Positions 40,276 through 51,928 of a DNA stretch of 64,000 nt are shown here, piece after piece. Source of the DNA: an uncultured Actinomycetes bacterium. GTDB lineage: Bacteria > Actinomycetota > Thermoleophilia > RBG-16-64-13. The first letter of the stretch is position 1, and each line of letters starts with the position of its first letter. The DNA is taken from assembly GCA_963714175.1 (NCBI GenBank), contig CAVQNN010000003.1, forward strand, positions 961,643-1,025,642, written 5' to 3'. The position numbers were made by a program, and so were the translations under genes. The notes under the pieces were generated by a model, which was not told the DNA's origin, made no database searches, and worked only from the letters and a program-made list of their open reading frames with translations.

Positions 40276-41133
40276 TTGCTGATCGACCGCAGCACCACCG
40301 CCCTGGTGGTCGATTCGACCGCCGACCTGCCCGACAACCTGGCTCAGGACCCGAACCTGACCATGGTGCCGCTCACGGTCTTCTTCGGCGACGAGGCCTA
40401 TCTTGACTGGGTGGAACTCAAGCCGCAGCAGTTCTACGAGAAACTGGCGACCGCTGAGCGACTGCCGACCACCTCCCAACCCTCCCCGGGCATCTGGGTC
40501 GAACTCTATAGTCGGCTACGAGAGCAGTATCAGAGGGTCTACTCCGTGCATCTCAGCGCCGAGTTCAGCGGCACATGCGAAACAGCCCGCGCGGCCGCCG
40601 CGGGGATCGACGGGGTCACGGTGGTGGACTCCCGGCTGGCCACGGGGGGCATCGCTCTCCTTGTGGACCGCATGATGGAGCGGATCGACCGCGGAGTGAC
40701 CCAGCAGGAGTTCGACGCCTACATCGAGTACTTCCATGCCAACAAGACGTTCCTCTTCACAGTGACAACGCTGGACTACCTCCAGAAGGGCGGCCGGATC
40801 GGGCGAGCCTCGCACCTGGTGGGCACCCTGCTCAACATCAAGCCGGTACTGACCATCGACGACGGGGTGGCCGACGTGGTGAAGAAGACCCGGGGGATAG
40901 GCCAGGCCTTGGAGACGATGCGCGACTGCCTCCTGGAGCGCACGAGGCCTGGGTCCGACGTGTACGCCAATCTGTCGCACGGTCTGAATCTACCGGTCAT
41001 GGAACGGCTGCAAGACTTGCTTCTGGAGGTCAACGATCGGCGCATCCATCTCCGTCCCCCGAGCATCATCGGTTCGGTGATCGGTACATACAGCGGCCCA
41101 AAAGCGGTGGGTGTCTGCTTCATCGAGGAATAG
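40276..41133 (+). CDS. DegV-family fatty-acid-binding protein
   Basis: VDSTADLP, PTTSQPS, LSAEFSGT, VDS, LDYLQKGGRI, LNIKP. Confidence 0.92.
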   Translation: MLIDRSTTALVVDSTADLPDNLAQDPNLTMVPLTVFFGDEAYLDWVELKPQQFYEKLATAERLPTTSQPSPGIWVELYSRLREQYQRVYSVHLSAEFSGTCETARAAAAGIDGVTVVDSRLATGGIALLVDRMMERIDRGVTQQEFDAYIEYFHANKTFLFTVTTLDYLQKGGRIGRASHLVGTLLNIKPVLTIDDGVADVVKKTRGIGQALETMRDCLLERTRPGSDVYANLSHGLNLPVMERLQDLLLEVNDRRIHLRPPSIIGSVIGTYSGPKAVGVCFIEE

Positions 41134-41296
41134 GGGCTGAATGCGAGTGTTTGCGCCACCTAGGAGACCTCCAGACACCTCGCCGGTCCTATTCAGCTAT
41201 GCGTGGGTTCTGCCGAAAAGGGATAAGGCAGTGTCTCGTTAATCCGTATCTGCGTGCCCCGCCCGGTCACGGGTGTCGAGGAGGTTGAGCGCCGCG

Positions 41297-44200
41297 ATGG
41301 CAAAGGACCAACTGAAGGAACTGCTCGAAGCGACGGGCAAGGTGCTTCTGGAGAACGCCTGGAGGGGCGTGGCGGCGTTCTCATCAGACGGTTCGTGCCT
41401 CTGGGCGAATGAGCTGGCAGCCGCCGTTGTCGGTGTGCCTTTGGCTCAGCTGGTCCTGCATCCGCTGGACGACGCCCTCTGGGGAGAAGGGTCGGAGGCC
41501 GACGCGCGCCAGGCGACGACTGCCAATGGACGCGTGCGGCGCGAGCTGAAGCTCAGCCGGCCGGACGGGGAAGTGCGATGGATCGAGCGCACCTTGGTGG
41601 GAGTCGACTTCCGGGGCAAGAAGATCCCGGTGATGGTATTCGAGGATCTCACAGACACGAAGCGAACCCAGGAGTCGCTGAAGCGGGCCGAACTCGCCAT
41701 CGCCCAGGCGAGCGAGATGATCTACTGGCTCCGCGAAGACTCAAGGTTCGTATACGCCAACGACGAGATCTGCGCGCTGCTTGGGTACACGCGCGATGAG
41801 CTGATGACCATGTCGCTGTGCGACGTCTCTCTTTGCGCCCCCGGCGCATGGGAGGAACAGTGGGAAGCGACGAAGACGGCGGGATCGAGCCGCCAGATCA
41901 CCACATTCCGCGCGAAGAGCGGAGACACCGTCGAGGTGGAGACCAAGGCCAGCTTCATCGGAGTTGCAGAGTCCGAGGGCGACTATCTCTGCGTTTTTGG
42001 GCGCGACGTCACCGAGCAGAAGAGGCTGGAGGATTCGCTGCGCTTCACCCAGATCTCGATGGACAGCTCCCTGGATCACGTCTACTGGGTCAACAAACTG
42101 GGCTATATCACTTGGGTGAGCGAAGGGCACGCTCAGGCTGCTGGGCTACACCCGTGAAGAGATGGTCGGCGCTCACATCTCCGAGTTCACTCCCAAGGTC
42201 ATCTCCGAACAGGGTGGCAGCTGGGAACTGGGGTGGAAGAGAGTCAAGGAGCAAGGCTCGGAGTACATGGAGACCACCATCAGGGCCAAGGACGGCCGGC
42301 CGGTGCCTGTCGAGGTGAAGATCACCTATGTCGAGCACCAGGGTGAGGAATACAACGTCGTCTTCGCCCGCGACATCTCAGAACGGAAGAAGTTGGGCAC
42401 GGCGCTGCGCGCGGCTGAGATGGCCATTGAGAAGGCTCAGGAACTGATCTTCTGGGTGGGCGATGATTCCAGACTCATCTACGTGAACGAGGCCACCTGC
42501 GCCCGAACCGGCTACAAGCGCGAAGAGCTGATCGGGATGACCATCTTCGATATCCATCCCACCGCCAACCGCCCCTGGGATACCGAGGAGGTCAAGGCCA
42601 AGGGCGGAAAGATGGTGTTCGAGGCCCCGTACGTAACCAAGAGCGGAGAGGAATTCGACGTCGAGGTCAACGCCAACCACGTGGATCTCGGCCCCGGCGG
42701 GGAATTCCTCTGCGTCTATGCGCGCGACATCAGCGAGCAGAAGCGCGCGGCGCGCTCGCTGGGGCTGGCCGAGTACTCCATGGACAAGGCCGGTGATCTC
42801 ATCTACTGGATCGACTCCGACGGCCACATTGTCTACGCCAACGATGCCGCCTGCGCGACGAGCGGTTATGCACGCGAAGAATTGCTCGCCATGACCCTCC
42901 ACGATCTCGACCCCTGGGCCCCCAGCCCTTGGGCGGAGTACTGGGAGCGGACGAGGGAAACGACGGTCTCCGCTCAGCATTCAGGTCAGGCATCGCAAGA
43001 AGAGCGGTGAGCTGCTCGACGTGGAGATCAGAGCCAACACCGTCGCGTTCGAGGGCAAGGAATACCGCTGCATTTTCGCTCGTGACATCAGCGAGGAGAA
43101 GCGCACGGAAGAGTTGATGCGCATCACTCAGATCTCGGTGGATCGAGCCAACGAGCAGATCTTCTGGATCAACTCCGAGGGCAAGTTCGTCTTCGCCAAC
43201 GAGGCTGCCCTCCGCGAGTTGGGTTACACGTGGGAAGAGCTCTCGGGCATGGACATCCACCAGGTGGACGCTACTGAACAACTGGAGTCGAGCAACTTCG
43301 CCGAGGAGTTCGCCAAGAGCAAGAGCGAAGGCTCCGTCAAGGCCGAGAAAGTCGCACCGCCGCAAAGACGGCACGACAATGCCCGTGGATGTGAACATCA
43401 CCTACGTGGAGTACGCGGGCAAGGAATACCGTCTCGTGGTTGCGCGCGACGTCACCGAGCGTAGGGCGTTGGAGAAGTCGCTGCGCCTGACGCGGTTCTC
43501 GGTGGATGGCGCCAATGATCAGATAGCCTGGGCAGACGCGCGGGGCAGGTTCATCGATGTCAACGACGCCATGTGCCAGCAGCTCGGGCTACACGCGGGA
43601 AGAGTTCCTGCAGATGGGCATCGACGACTTGAATCCGAATCATTCCGCGCGACGGTCGGGAAGTCCTCGAGAGTTCAAGACGCGGGGGATCGGGGCGACT
43701 GAAGAGGCCGTTGCCTATCGCAAAGACGGCACCTACATGCATGTGGAGATCAGCGCAAGCTTCGTGGAGTACGAGGGCGAGCAGTACTACTTCCTTTTCT
43801 CCCGCGACATAACCAAGCGCAAGGAGCTGGAGGAATCGCTGCGCCTGACGCAGATCTCGGTGGACCGCACCGGGGACATGATCTTCTGGATCAACGCTGA
43901 GGGCAGGGTCTACTTCGCGAACGACTCCGCCTGCAGCCAGCTGGGCTACACACGCGCAGAGCTCAGGCAACTGACCTACCGCGACCTGACTGTCGACGCG
44001 CCTGAGGATTGGCGCATGGTCTTCGAGTCGACCTGAAGGACGGGATCGCCAGGCTCACTGAGCGCGTGCTGCGCCGCAAGGACGGCACCGAGATCGCGGT
44101 GGAAGCCAACGCTGCCTACACCGAGTACGAGGGCTGGCCGTACATGCTCGTCCTTGCGCGCGATGTAAGCGAACGCAAGCGGCTGGAGGAATCGCTGCGG

Positions 44201-47200
44201 CTGGCCCAGTTCTCCGTGGACCACGCCGGGGAGCAGGTGCTCTGGGTCGATGAGGACGGCAAGATCTTCTATGCCAACGAGTCCGCTCGCAGAGAGCTGG
44301 ACTACACGCGGGAAGAGATGCTGGGGCTCAGCATCTACGACATCGACCCCACTGTCACCGAACCGTGGACGGAAGCATGGGCGAACCTCAAACGAATTGG
44401 GACTCATACCTTCGACACCATCCATCGCAGGAGAGACGGCGTCGAGATGCAGGTGGAGACCACCTCCAGCTACCTGGAGTTCGAAGGTAGGGGCTACAGC
44501 TCCGTGGTCGCGCGCAACGTCAGCGAGCGCAAGATGTTGGAGAAATCGCTGATTCTGACGCAGATCTCGGTGGAGCGTGCCGGCGACATGATCTTCTGGG
44601 TCAATTCAGACGGCGAGGTCTTCTTCGCGAACGACGCCACCTGCGTGGAGTTGGGCTACTCGCGGGAAGAGCTGGTGGGCTTGAACTACCTCGAAGTGGC
44701 ACCCCGTCTCCCGGCCGTTTGGAGTGAGGCCCTGGATCTGGTCAAGGAGCACGGCGCTCTGGTCCGGGAGAGCGTGCTTCGTCGCAAGGACGGCACCGAG
44801 GTACCGGTGGAGGCCAGTTCCACCATGGCGGAGTATGAGGGCCGGGAGTACATCATCGTTGTTACGCGCGACATCACCGAGCGCATCAAGGCCCAGTCGG
44901 AGTTCGACACCGAAGTCGCCAGGCGGCGGGTCCTGGCCGAGCAGTCCCGGGACGGAATAGTCATCATGGACGTGACCGGCGCCGTACGCGAGGCCAATCG
45001 AGCCTACGCGCGCATGCTGGGCTACACCCTGGATGAGGTCTACCAGCTTCACATCTGGGACTGGAACGCCGCCAACCTCCCCCGGGAAGTGCTGGTGGGC
45101 ATGCTCGAAGATGTCGGTCCCGAGGGCAACGACCTCGAGACTCTGCCACCGTCGCAAAGACGGCACCGTGATCGATGTCGAGATCAGCAGCATCGGTGAG
45201 ATGGTCGGCGGCGAGAAGCTCATCTTCGCCGTATGCCGCGACGTCACCGAGCGCAAGAAGATGGAAGAATCGCTTCGCCTGACTCAATACTCGGTGGACC
45301 AGGTCGGTGACATGATCTTCTGGGTAGGGCCTGATGGCGCGAACATCCACGTGAACGAAGTCGCATGCCGGCAGTTGGGCTACACGCGAGAACAGCTGCT
45401 GGGCATGACGATGCAGGATCTGGACCCGTCGCTCACCGACATGAAGGCGGCCTGGGAAGGGGTCAAGCAGCAGGGCTCGGTGACAGACGAGACCAGCCTC
45501 GTCACCGCGGACGGTCGCGAGTTCCCCGTGGAGATCCGCGCCAGCTACCTGGAGTATGAGGGCCGGAGAATACAACCTCGTGGTCATGCGCGACATCACC
45601 GAGCGCCTCAAGGCTCAGTCGGAATTCGATACCGAAGTCGCCAGGCGGCGAGTCCTGGTCGAGCAGTCCAGGGACGGCGTCGTCATCATGGACTTGACCG
45701 GAGCTGTCCGCGAGGCGAACGAAGCCTACGCGCACATGCTCGGCTACACCCTGGGAGAGGTCCATCAACTCCACATCTGGGACTGGGACGCGGACATCGG
45801 CAAGGAAGACCTGCTGGCAATGCTCGAGGGGGTCGGCAACACGGGCGAGGACATCAGGACTCGCCACCGTCGCAAGGACGGAACCGTGATCGATGTCGAG
45901 ATCAGCAGTATCGGCGAGATAGTCGGCGGTGAGAAGCTTGTTTTCAACCTGTGCCGCGACGTCACCGAGCGCAAGAAGATGGAAGAATCGCTGCGCATGA
46001 CCCAGTACTCGGTCGACCACGCTGTGGAAGAGATCCTCTGGCTCGACGAGAACGGCCGGATAATGTCCGCCAACGATGCGGCCTGTGAGAAGTTGGGCTA
46101 CACCCATGAGGAGATCGTGAGCCTTACCGCCCGTGACTTGGATCCAACGGTTCCTGAGGACTGGAACAGGGTGTGGGGCGCGCTCAAGGAGAAGGGCGCG
46201 TTGACGCTCGAGACCACGCATCGCACCAAGGATGGGCAGGAGTTCGCGGTGGAGGTCCAGTCCAGCCTCATGGAGTACGAGGGCCGGGAGTACAACCTCC
46301 TCTTCGCGCACGACATCTCCGATCGCAAGAGCTTGGAGGAGTCGCTCCGCCTGACCCAGTTCTCGGTCGATCAGTCCGGAGACCAGATCTTCTGGTTGAC
46401 CCCCAAGGGCAGGTTCGTTCACGCGAACGACGCCACCTGCGATCAACTGGGCTACACACGTGACGAACTGCTGAACACGAACATTCGCGAGGTGGCTTCG
46501 GGGGTCAAGGAGGACTGGAAGGAATCCTGGGAGGAACTCAAGCGCGAGGGTTCGCTGACTTCGGAGCAGGTCTACCGGAGCAAGGACGGCCGTCAGACTC
46601 CCGTGGAGGTCCGCTCCCGTCACGTCGAGTGGGCGGGCAGGGAGTACGAGATCGTGTTCGCGCACGACATTACCTCGCGGAAGAAGATGGAGGAGAGGCT
46701 GCGCCTGACCCAGCTCTCGGTAGACCAGGCCGCGGACCAGACATTCTGGATCACCCCGGAGGGTCAGTTCGTCTTTGTGAACGACGCGACCTGCGATCAG
46801 TTGGGCTACACGCGAGAAGAGCTTCTGAGTATGACCGTCTTCGACGTCGATCCCACGCTTCCCAAGGGTTGGACAGGGGGTTGGGAAGAACTCAAACGGC
46901 GGGGCTCGCTGACGCATGAGGCCATTCACCGCACCAAGGATGGCAGGGACATCCCGATGGAGATCCGCGCCAGCTACGTCAAGCAGAACGGCAACGAGTA
47001 CAACTTCGTGTCGGCGCGCGACATCAGTGGCCGCAAGACGATGGAAGAGTCGCTCCGGCTGACGCAGATCTCGGTCAATCGCGCCGGCGACCAGGTTCTC
47101 TGGATCGATCCCGAGGGCAGGATAGTCTTCGTGAACGACGCCGCCTGCGAGCAGCTGGGCTACACCCGAGAGGAACTGCTCGCGTTGACCGTCTACGACC

Positions 47201-49497
47201 TGGATCACACGTTACCCAGGCCGTGGACAGGAGAATGGCTCAGGATCAAGGAACAGGGCTCGATCCTCCACGAGGCGATGCACCGCACCAAGAACGGTGT
47301 CGACATGCCCGTCGAGGTGAACGCGACCTACGTCGAGTACGAGGGCCGGGAGTACAACTTCGTCTTCGCCCGCGATATCACGGAACGCAAGAAGGCAGAC
47401 AACGCGCTGCGGATAGCGAAGGACAAGGCCGAGGCGGCCAACCGGGAACTGGAGCACTCCATCAAGCGCACCAACCAGCTCGCCGTCGAGGCCCAGGCGG
47501 CCAACGAGGCCAAGAGCGCGTTCCTGGCCAACATGAGCCATGAGATCCGTACTCCTATGAACGGTGTCATAGGCATGGTCGATCTCCTGCTCGACACCGA
47601 ACTCAACCCGGAGCAGCGCGACTACGCCGAGACGGTCCAGTCCAGTGCCGAGGCGCTCCTGACCGTCATCGGCGACATCCTCGACTTCTCGAAGGTGGAG
47701 GCGAAGAAGCTCGAATTCGAGAACATCGACTTCGACCTCCGGCTGACGCTTGAAGACATGATGGCCATACTCGCCATCAAGGCACACGAGAAAGGCGTCG
47801 AGCTGGCCGTCCTGGTCGAGCCCGACGTGCCGTCCGCGCTCTGCGGCGACCCCGGCCGTCTGCGGCAGGTACTGACGAACCTCGTGGGCAACGCGATCAA
47901 GTTCACCGAGGAAGGCGAGGTGGACGTTCATGTGATCCTCGAGTCGGAGGACGACCAGGGGGCGGTCATGCGCTTCGTGGTGCGTGACAGCGGCATCGGG
48001 ATCCCCGAGGCGGTGCTGGAGCAACTCTTCCACCCGTTCGTGCAGGCCGATGCCTCGACCACGCGACGTTACGGAGGTTCGGGGCTGGGTCTCTCCATCG
48101 CCAAGGGTCTGGTGGAAGCGATGGGCGGACAACTGGGAGCCGAGAGCACGGTGGGCGTCGGCTCCACCTTCTGGTTCAGTCTGCCGCTGTCCAAGGGCAC
48201 GCCTATCCCGAGCGAGTACGCCAGGATGGAGCTGGGCTCGGTGGCGGGAGTGCGGGTCCTCGGCGTGGACGACAGCGAGACGAACCGCAAAGTCATGGCC
48301 GGCATGCTTGACTCCTGGGGTTGCCGGCACAGCGAGGTTCCGGGTGCCAAGGAAGCGCTGGTCGCTCTCCGCCAGGCGGTGGCTGAGGGAGATCCCTACC
48401 GGGTGGCGGTCCTCGACATGTGCATGCCCGACATCGACGGCGAGGAACTCGCCATCGCGATCAAGGCCGATCCGGAACTGGCGGCGACTGGCCTTGTGAT
48501 GATGACCTCCGTGGGCGCTCGCGGTGACGCGGCTCGCATGGAGAAGGTGGGATTCTCCGCCTATCTGGTGAAGCCGGTGCGACAGTCGCACTTCTACGAC
48601 TGCCTGGCCGCGGTGGTGGGTCCGGATGTCCGGGAAGGCGATGGGGGCGAACGGCCCACCGCTCCTGCCCGCATCATCACTCGCCACACCCTGGCCGAAC
48701 GGGCCAGGAGACGCGCCTGCATATTGTTGGCTGAGGACAACCTGACCAACCAGAAAGTGGCCCTGAAGGCTCTTGAGAAGCTCGGCTACCAAGCCGATGT
48801 TGCCAACGATGGAGCTCAGGCGCTGCAGGCTACCAGAGACAAACTGTACGATCTTGTGCTCATGGACGTACAGATGCCGGGGATGGACGGCATGGAAGCC
48901 ACGCGGCAGATCCGAGATCCGAACTCGGGGACTCTCAACCCCTCAGTGGTCATAGTGGCCTTGACCGCGCACGCCATGTCGGGCGACAGGCAGAGGTGTC
49001 TCGACAACGGCATGGACGACTACCTGGCCAAGCCTATCAAGGCCGCGGAGCTGCAGGAGGTCATCTCCAAGTGGATGTCGGCCACGCCGCCTGGAGCTGA
49101 GTCTGAGGCTATCCCGCCTGCCCTGAAAGTGTCCGAGCGACCGGTCCGGGCGGTGTTCGATGAGAAGGTGCTCCTCAATCTCCTCGAGGGCGACCGCGAA
49201 TCGGCTGGTGAGATCGCCGACCAGTACTTGGCGGACGTTGCCGGGCAGGTGACCCGCATCCGCGAAGCCATCGAAGTGCAGGACGCCGTGCAGACGCGCG
49301 AAAGGGCGCATGCCCTCAAGGGATCGTCGGCAAGCGTTGGAGCAGAGGCCTTGCGATACTGTGCAGGCGACCTGGAGAAGCTGGCGGCGGCCGGTGATGT
49401 GACCAGTAACGAGGTGGCCGCGTTGGCTGCAGATCTCGAGCATCAGCTCAACCTGTTGCTGGCGTTTGCTGAAGAGAAGGGTGGGCGGCTGATGTGA
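41297..49497 (+). CDS. Giant cytoplasmic hybrid histidine kinase: 17 PAS - HisKA - HATPase - REC - REC - HPt (about 7 frameshifts)
   Basis: Repeated units (..SVD.AGD.IFW..G....ND..C..LGY.REEL ... EY..ARD(I/V)(T/S)ERK) continue across frames, then [31 protein letters not shown], two REC domains (LDMCMP, MDVQMP) and AHALKGSS. Confidence 0.85.
44830..46018 (+). repeat. Recent internal duplication of a PAS module (~44830-45300 vs ~45551-46018)
   Basis: Near-identical DNA and protein: [46 protein letters not shown]. Confidence 0.8.
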
Positions 49498-50469
49498 GAG
49501 CACTCGTCGCCGATGACGACACAGCGTCGCGTCTATTGCTTCAGAGGGTCCTGGCCAAGTGGGGGTACGACGTCGTCACTGCCTCCGAGGGCGAGGAGGC
49601 GTGGAGGATCCTCACGGGCGACAACTCGCCCGACCTCGCCGTCCTCGACTGGATGATGCCGGGGTTGGATGGGGTGGAGGTGTGCCGTCGCATCCGGGCT
49701 CTCGACCTGTCCAGCCCGCCGTACCTCATCCTATTGACCTCGCGCGGCGACAAACAGGACATAGCGACCGGTCTTGAATCCGGGGCTTCGGACTACGTTC
49801 AGAAGCCGTTCGATCACGACGAACTGCGAGCAAGGCTGCTGGTGGGCAGGAGGTTCGCCGAGCTGAACGCCAAGCTCCTGGAGACTCAGCGCGAATTGCA
49901 GAAGCAGGCGCTCACCGACCCTCTGACGCACATCATGAACAGGAGAGCCGTCATTGCTCGCCTGGGCGAGGAGATGGCTCGGGCCCCCAGGCAGGGAATG
50001 CCGCTCAGCATCGGGGTGCTGGACATCGACCATTTCAAGCTGGTCAACGATCAGCTCGGGCATGCTGGCGGGCGACACTGTGCTGCAGGCCGTCGTGGAG
50101 CGCACCCTCAGGGCTCTCCGTCCGTACGACGCTCTTGGGCGGATAGGCGGTGAGGAGTTCCTCATCGTTATGCCGGGGGTGGGCGCCAGGGACGCCACGA
50201 TAGTGCTCGAGCGGATAAGGAACATCGTCCGCCAGACTCCTGTCGAAACGCAGGGCGAGGAGATCACGGTGACGGTCAGCATCGGAGGCGCGGTCAGCGC
50301 GGGCGAATCGGGAGACGAGCTCATGCACACCGCCGACGTAGCTCTCTACCGGGCGAAAGGCGAGGGGCGCGACCGTGTCATCATGGCCGCGCGCAGGGTC
50401 TCGGAAGCAGAGAGCCTGGTCCAGGCTGAGGCGGAGGGCACCGCACCTCCGGGCCCCGCGGGCAGTTGA
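49494..50469 (+). CDS. REC-GGDEF diguanylate cyclase (PleD/WspR-like), frameshift ~50070
   Basis: LDWMMP receiver; TDPLT, DIDHFK, RPYD I-site, GGEEF; GTGA overlap with the kinase. Confidence 0.9.
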
Positions 50470-50686
50470 CAAGGCGGGTTCGGCGACGCTGAAGTGCCCG
50501 TGGGCCGCTGTTTTCCCAGTCCCTCGGTGGTCCACTGATATGCAAGAATCGCATGTTATACTGCCGGCGACAATCGATAGGAATCTCGTTCAGGCGCTGC
50601 GTAGAGACACGGTTTTCGCTCTTACCCCGCCCGCATGCAGTCTCGTCCTCTCGTTTGCCGCAACGTAACTCCAGATGGAGGAAGAC

Positions 50687-51034
50687 ATGAGTGCCGCGAA
50701 ACTGTACGTGGGCAATCTCAGCTACAGCACCACCGAGGCAAGCATCAGGGCTCTGTTCGAGCAGCACGGGGAGGTCGCCTCGGTCAACCTGATCACCGAC
50801 CGGGACAGCGGCCGACCCAAGGGCTTCGGCTTCGTGGAGATGGCGACCGACGAGGCGGCAGAAGCCGCCAAGGGCGCTCTGGACGGCACTGAACTCGACG
50901 GACGCACGATCAAGGTCGACACTGCCAAGGAGCCTGCGCCCCGCGCGCCCCGCTCGGGCGGCTACGGCGGCGGCGGCTATGGTGGCGGTGGAGGCGGCGG
51001 CTACGGCGGTGGTGGCGGCGGGCGTCGCTGGTAG
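50687..51034 (+). CDS. RRM RNA-binding protein with Gly-rich tail
   Basis: LYVGNL (RNP2), KGFGFVEM (RNP1), GGYGGG repeats. Confidence 0.95.
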   Translation: MSAAKLYVGNLSYSTTEASIRALFEQHGEVASVNLITDRDSGRPKGFGFVEMATDEAAEAAKGALDGTELDGRTIKVDTAKEPAPRAPRSGGYGGGGYGGGGGGGYGGGGGGRRW

Positions 51035-51059
51035 TCACCCTCTGAGATATCGAAGTCGT

Positions 51060-51094
51060 GAAAGCGCCGGCCCTTGGGCCGGCGCTTTCTTCTT
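51060..51094 (+). terminator. Intrinsic terminator after the RRM gene
   Basis: gaaagcgccggccc-tt-gggccggcgctttc followed by ttctt. Confidence 0.8.
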
Positions 51095-51136
51095 GCCCTG
51101 AGAGGCTGCTGATCCGCATCGACATCCACGGCGCCC

Positions 51137-51178
51137 TTGTAAAGTTAGCCGCTTAACACTAAAATAGGCGCACCTAAC
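51137..51178 (+). promoter_or_regulatory. Promoter with tandem DtxR/MntR-type boxes
   Basis: TTGTAA (51137), 17 bp, TAAAAT (51160). Dyads GTTAG-ccgc-TTAAC (51144-51157) and TAGG-cgca-CCTA (51165-51176). Confidence 0.65.
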
Positions 51179-51195
51179 TCCGCCGGAATGACTGG

Positions 51196-51668
51196 ATGAC
51201 CAACATGGGCAGCCAACTGCGAAGCAGCGAAGCGACAGTGAGACCGACCGGAGTCGGCGATGGTGATGCTCTCAGCGCCAGCCTCGAGGACTATCTGGAG
51301 GCCATCCTCCAGTTGGAGCGCACTTCGCGGGTGGCTCGCGTCAGCGAGATCGCGGAGCAGTTGAACGTATCGCGGCCTTCTGTGACGGGGGCGCTCAAGG
51401 GGCTGGCCAGTCGCGGGCTTGTTTCGCACGCACGCTACGGCCATGTGACTCTCACCGAGGAGGGGGCCGCCATCGCCGTTGAGGTGGAGGGTCGTCACGT
51501 GGCCATCCGTGAGTTCCTGACGGGCGTGCTGTCTGTCCCTGAGGAGAAGGCGGACCTGACTGCGTGCAGGCTCGAGCACGTGCTGGAGCCTGACGTGCTC
51601 TGCCATTTCGTCACCTACGCCGAGAAACACAGGCGGAGTCGGTCGGGAGCGCAGGGGGGCGGTCGTGA
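51196..51668 (+). CDS. DtxR/MntR-family metal-dependent regulator (3' end frameshifted)
   Basis: SLEDYLEAI, RVSEIAEQLNVSRPSVT, LTEEG, RH, ACRLEH. Confidence 0.9.
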
Positions 51669-51928
51669 CCTCGCTCGCCGAACTTCCCAACGATTCGCTG
51701 GCCAGGGTGGAGGCGCTTCCGCATTCTCACGGCCTGGCCAGACGTCTGATCGCGCTTGGGCTGACGCCCGGCGCGGAGGTGCGCGTGCTGCAGAACCGGA
51801 GTCACGGGCCGTTGATCGTCGAGGTGCACGGTGCAAGGTTGGCATTGGGCCGGGGCCAGGCAGCGCGGGTGGCTGTGGAGTTGGTGCCTCGCGAGCGCGC
51901 TGAGGCACTCTCAATGGTGGACGAGTAG
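51665..51928 (+). CDS. feoA: Ferrous iron transport protein A
   Basis: RRLIALGLTPG..GPLIVEVHGARLALGRGQA. Confidence 0.9.
   Translation: MTSLAELPNDSLARVEALPHSHGLARRLIALGLTPGAEVRVLQNRSHGPLIVEVHGARLALGRGQAARVAVELVPRERAEALSMVDE

Noticed and set aside
41297-47400. CRISPR array or non-coding tandem repeat
   Set aside because: The repeats are ~360-nt protein-coding PAS units; there is no repeat-spacer structure and no cas gene.
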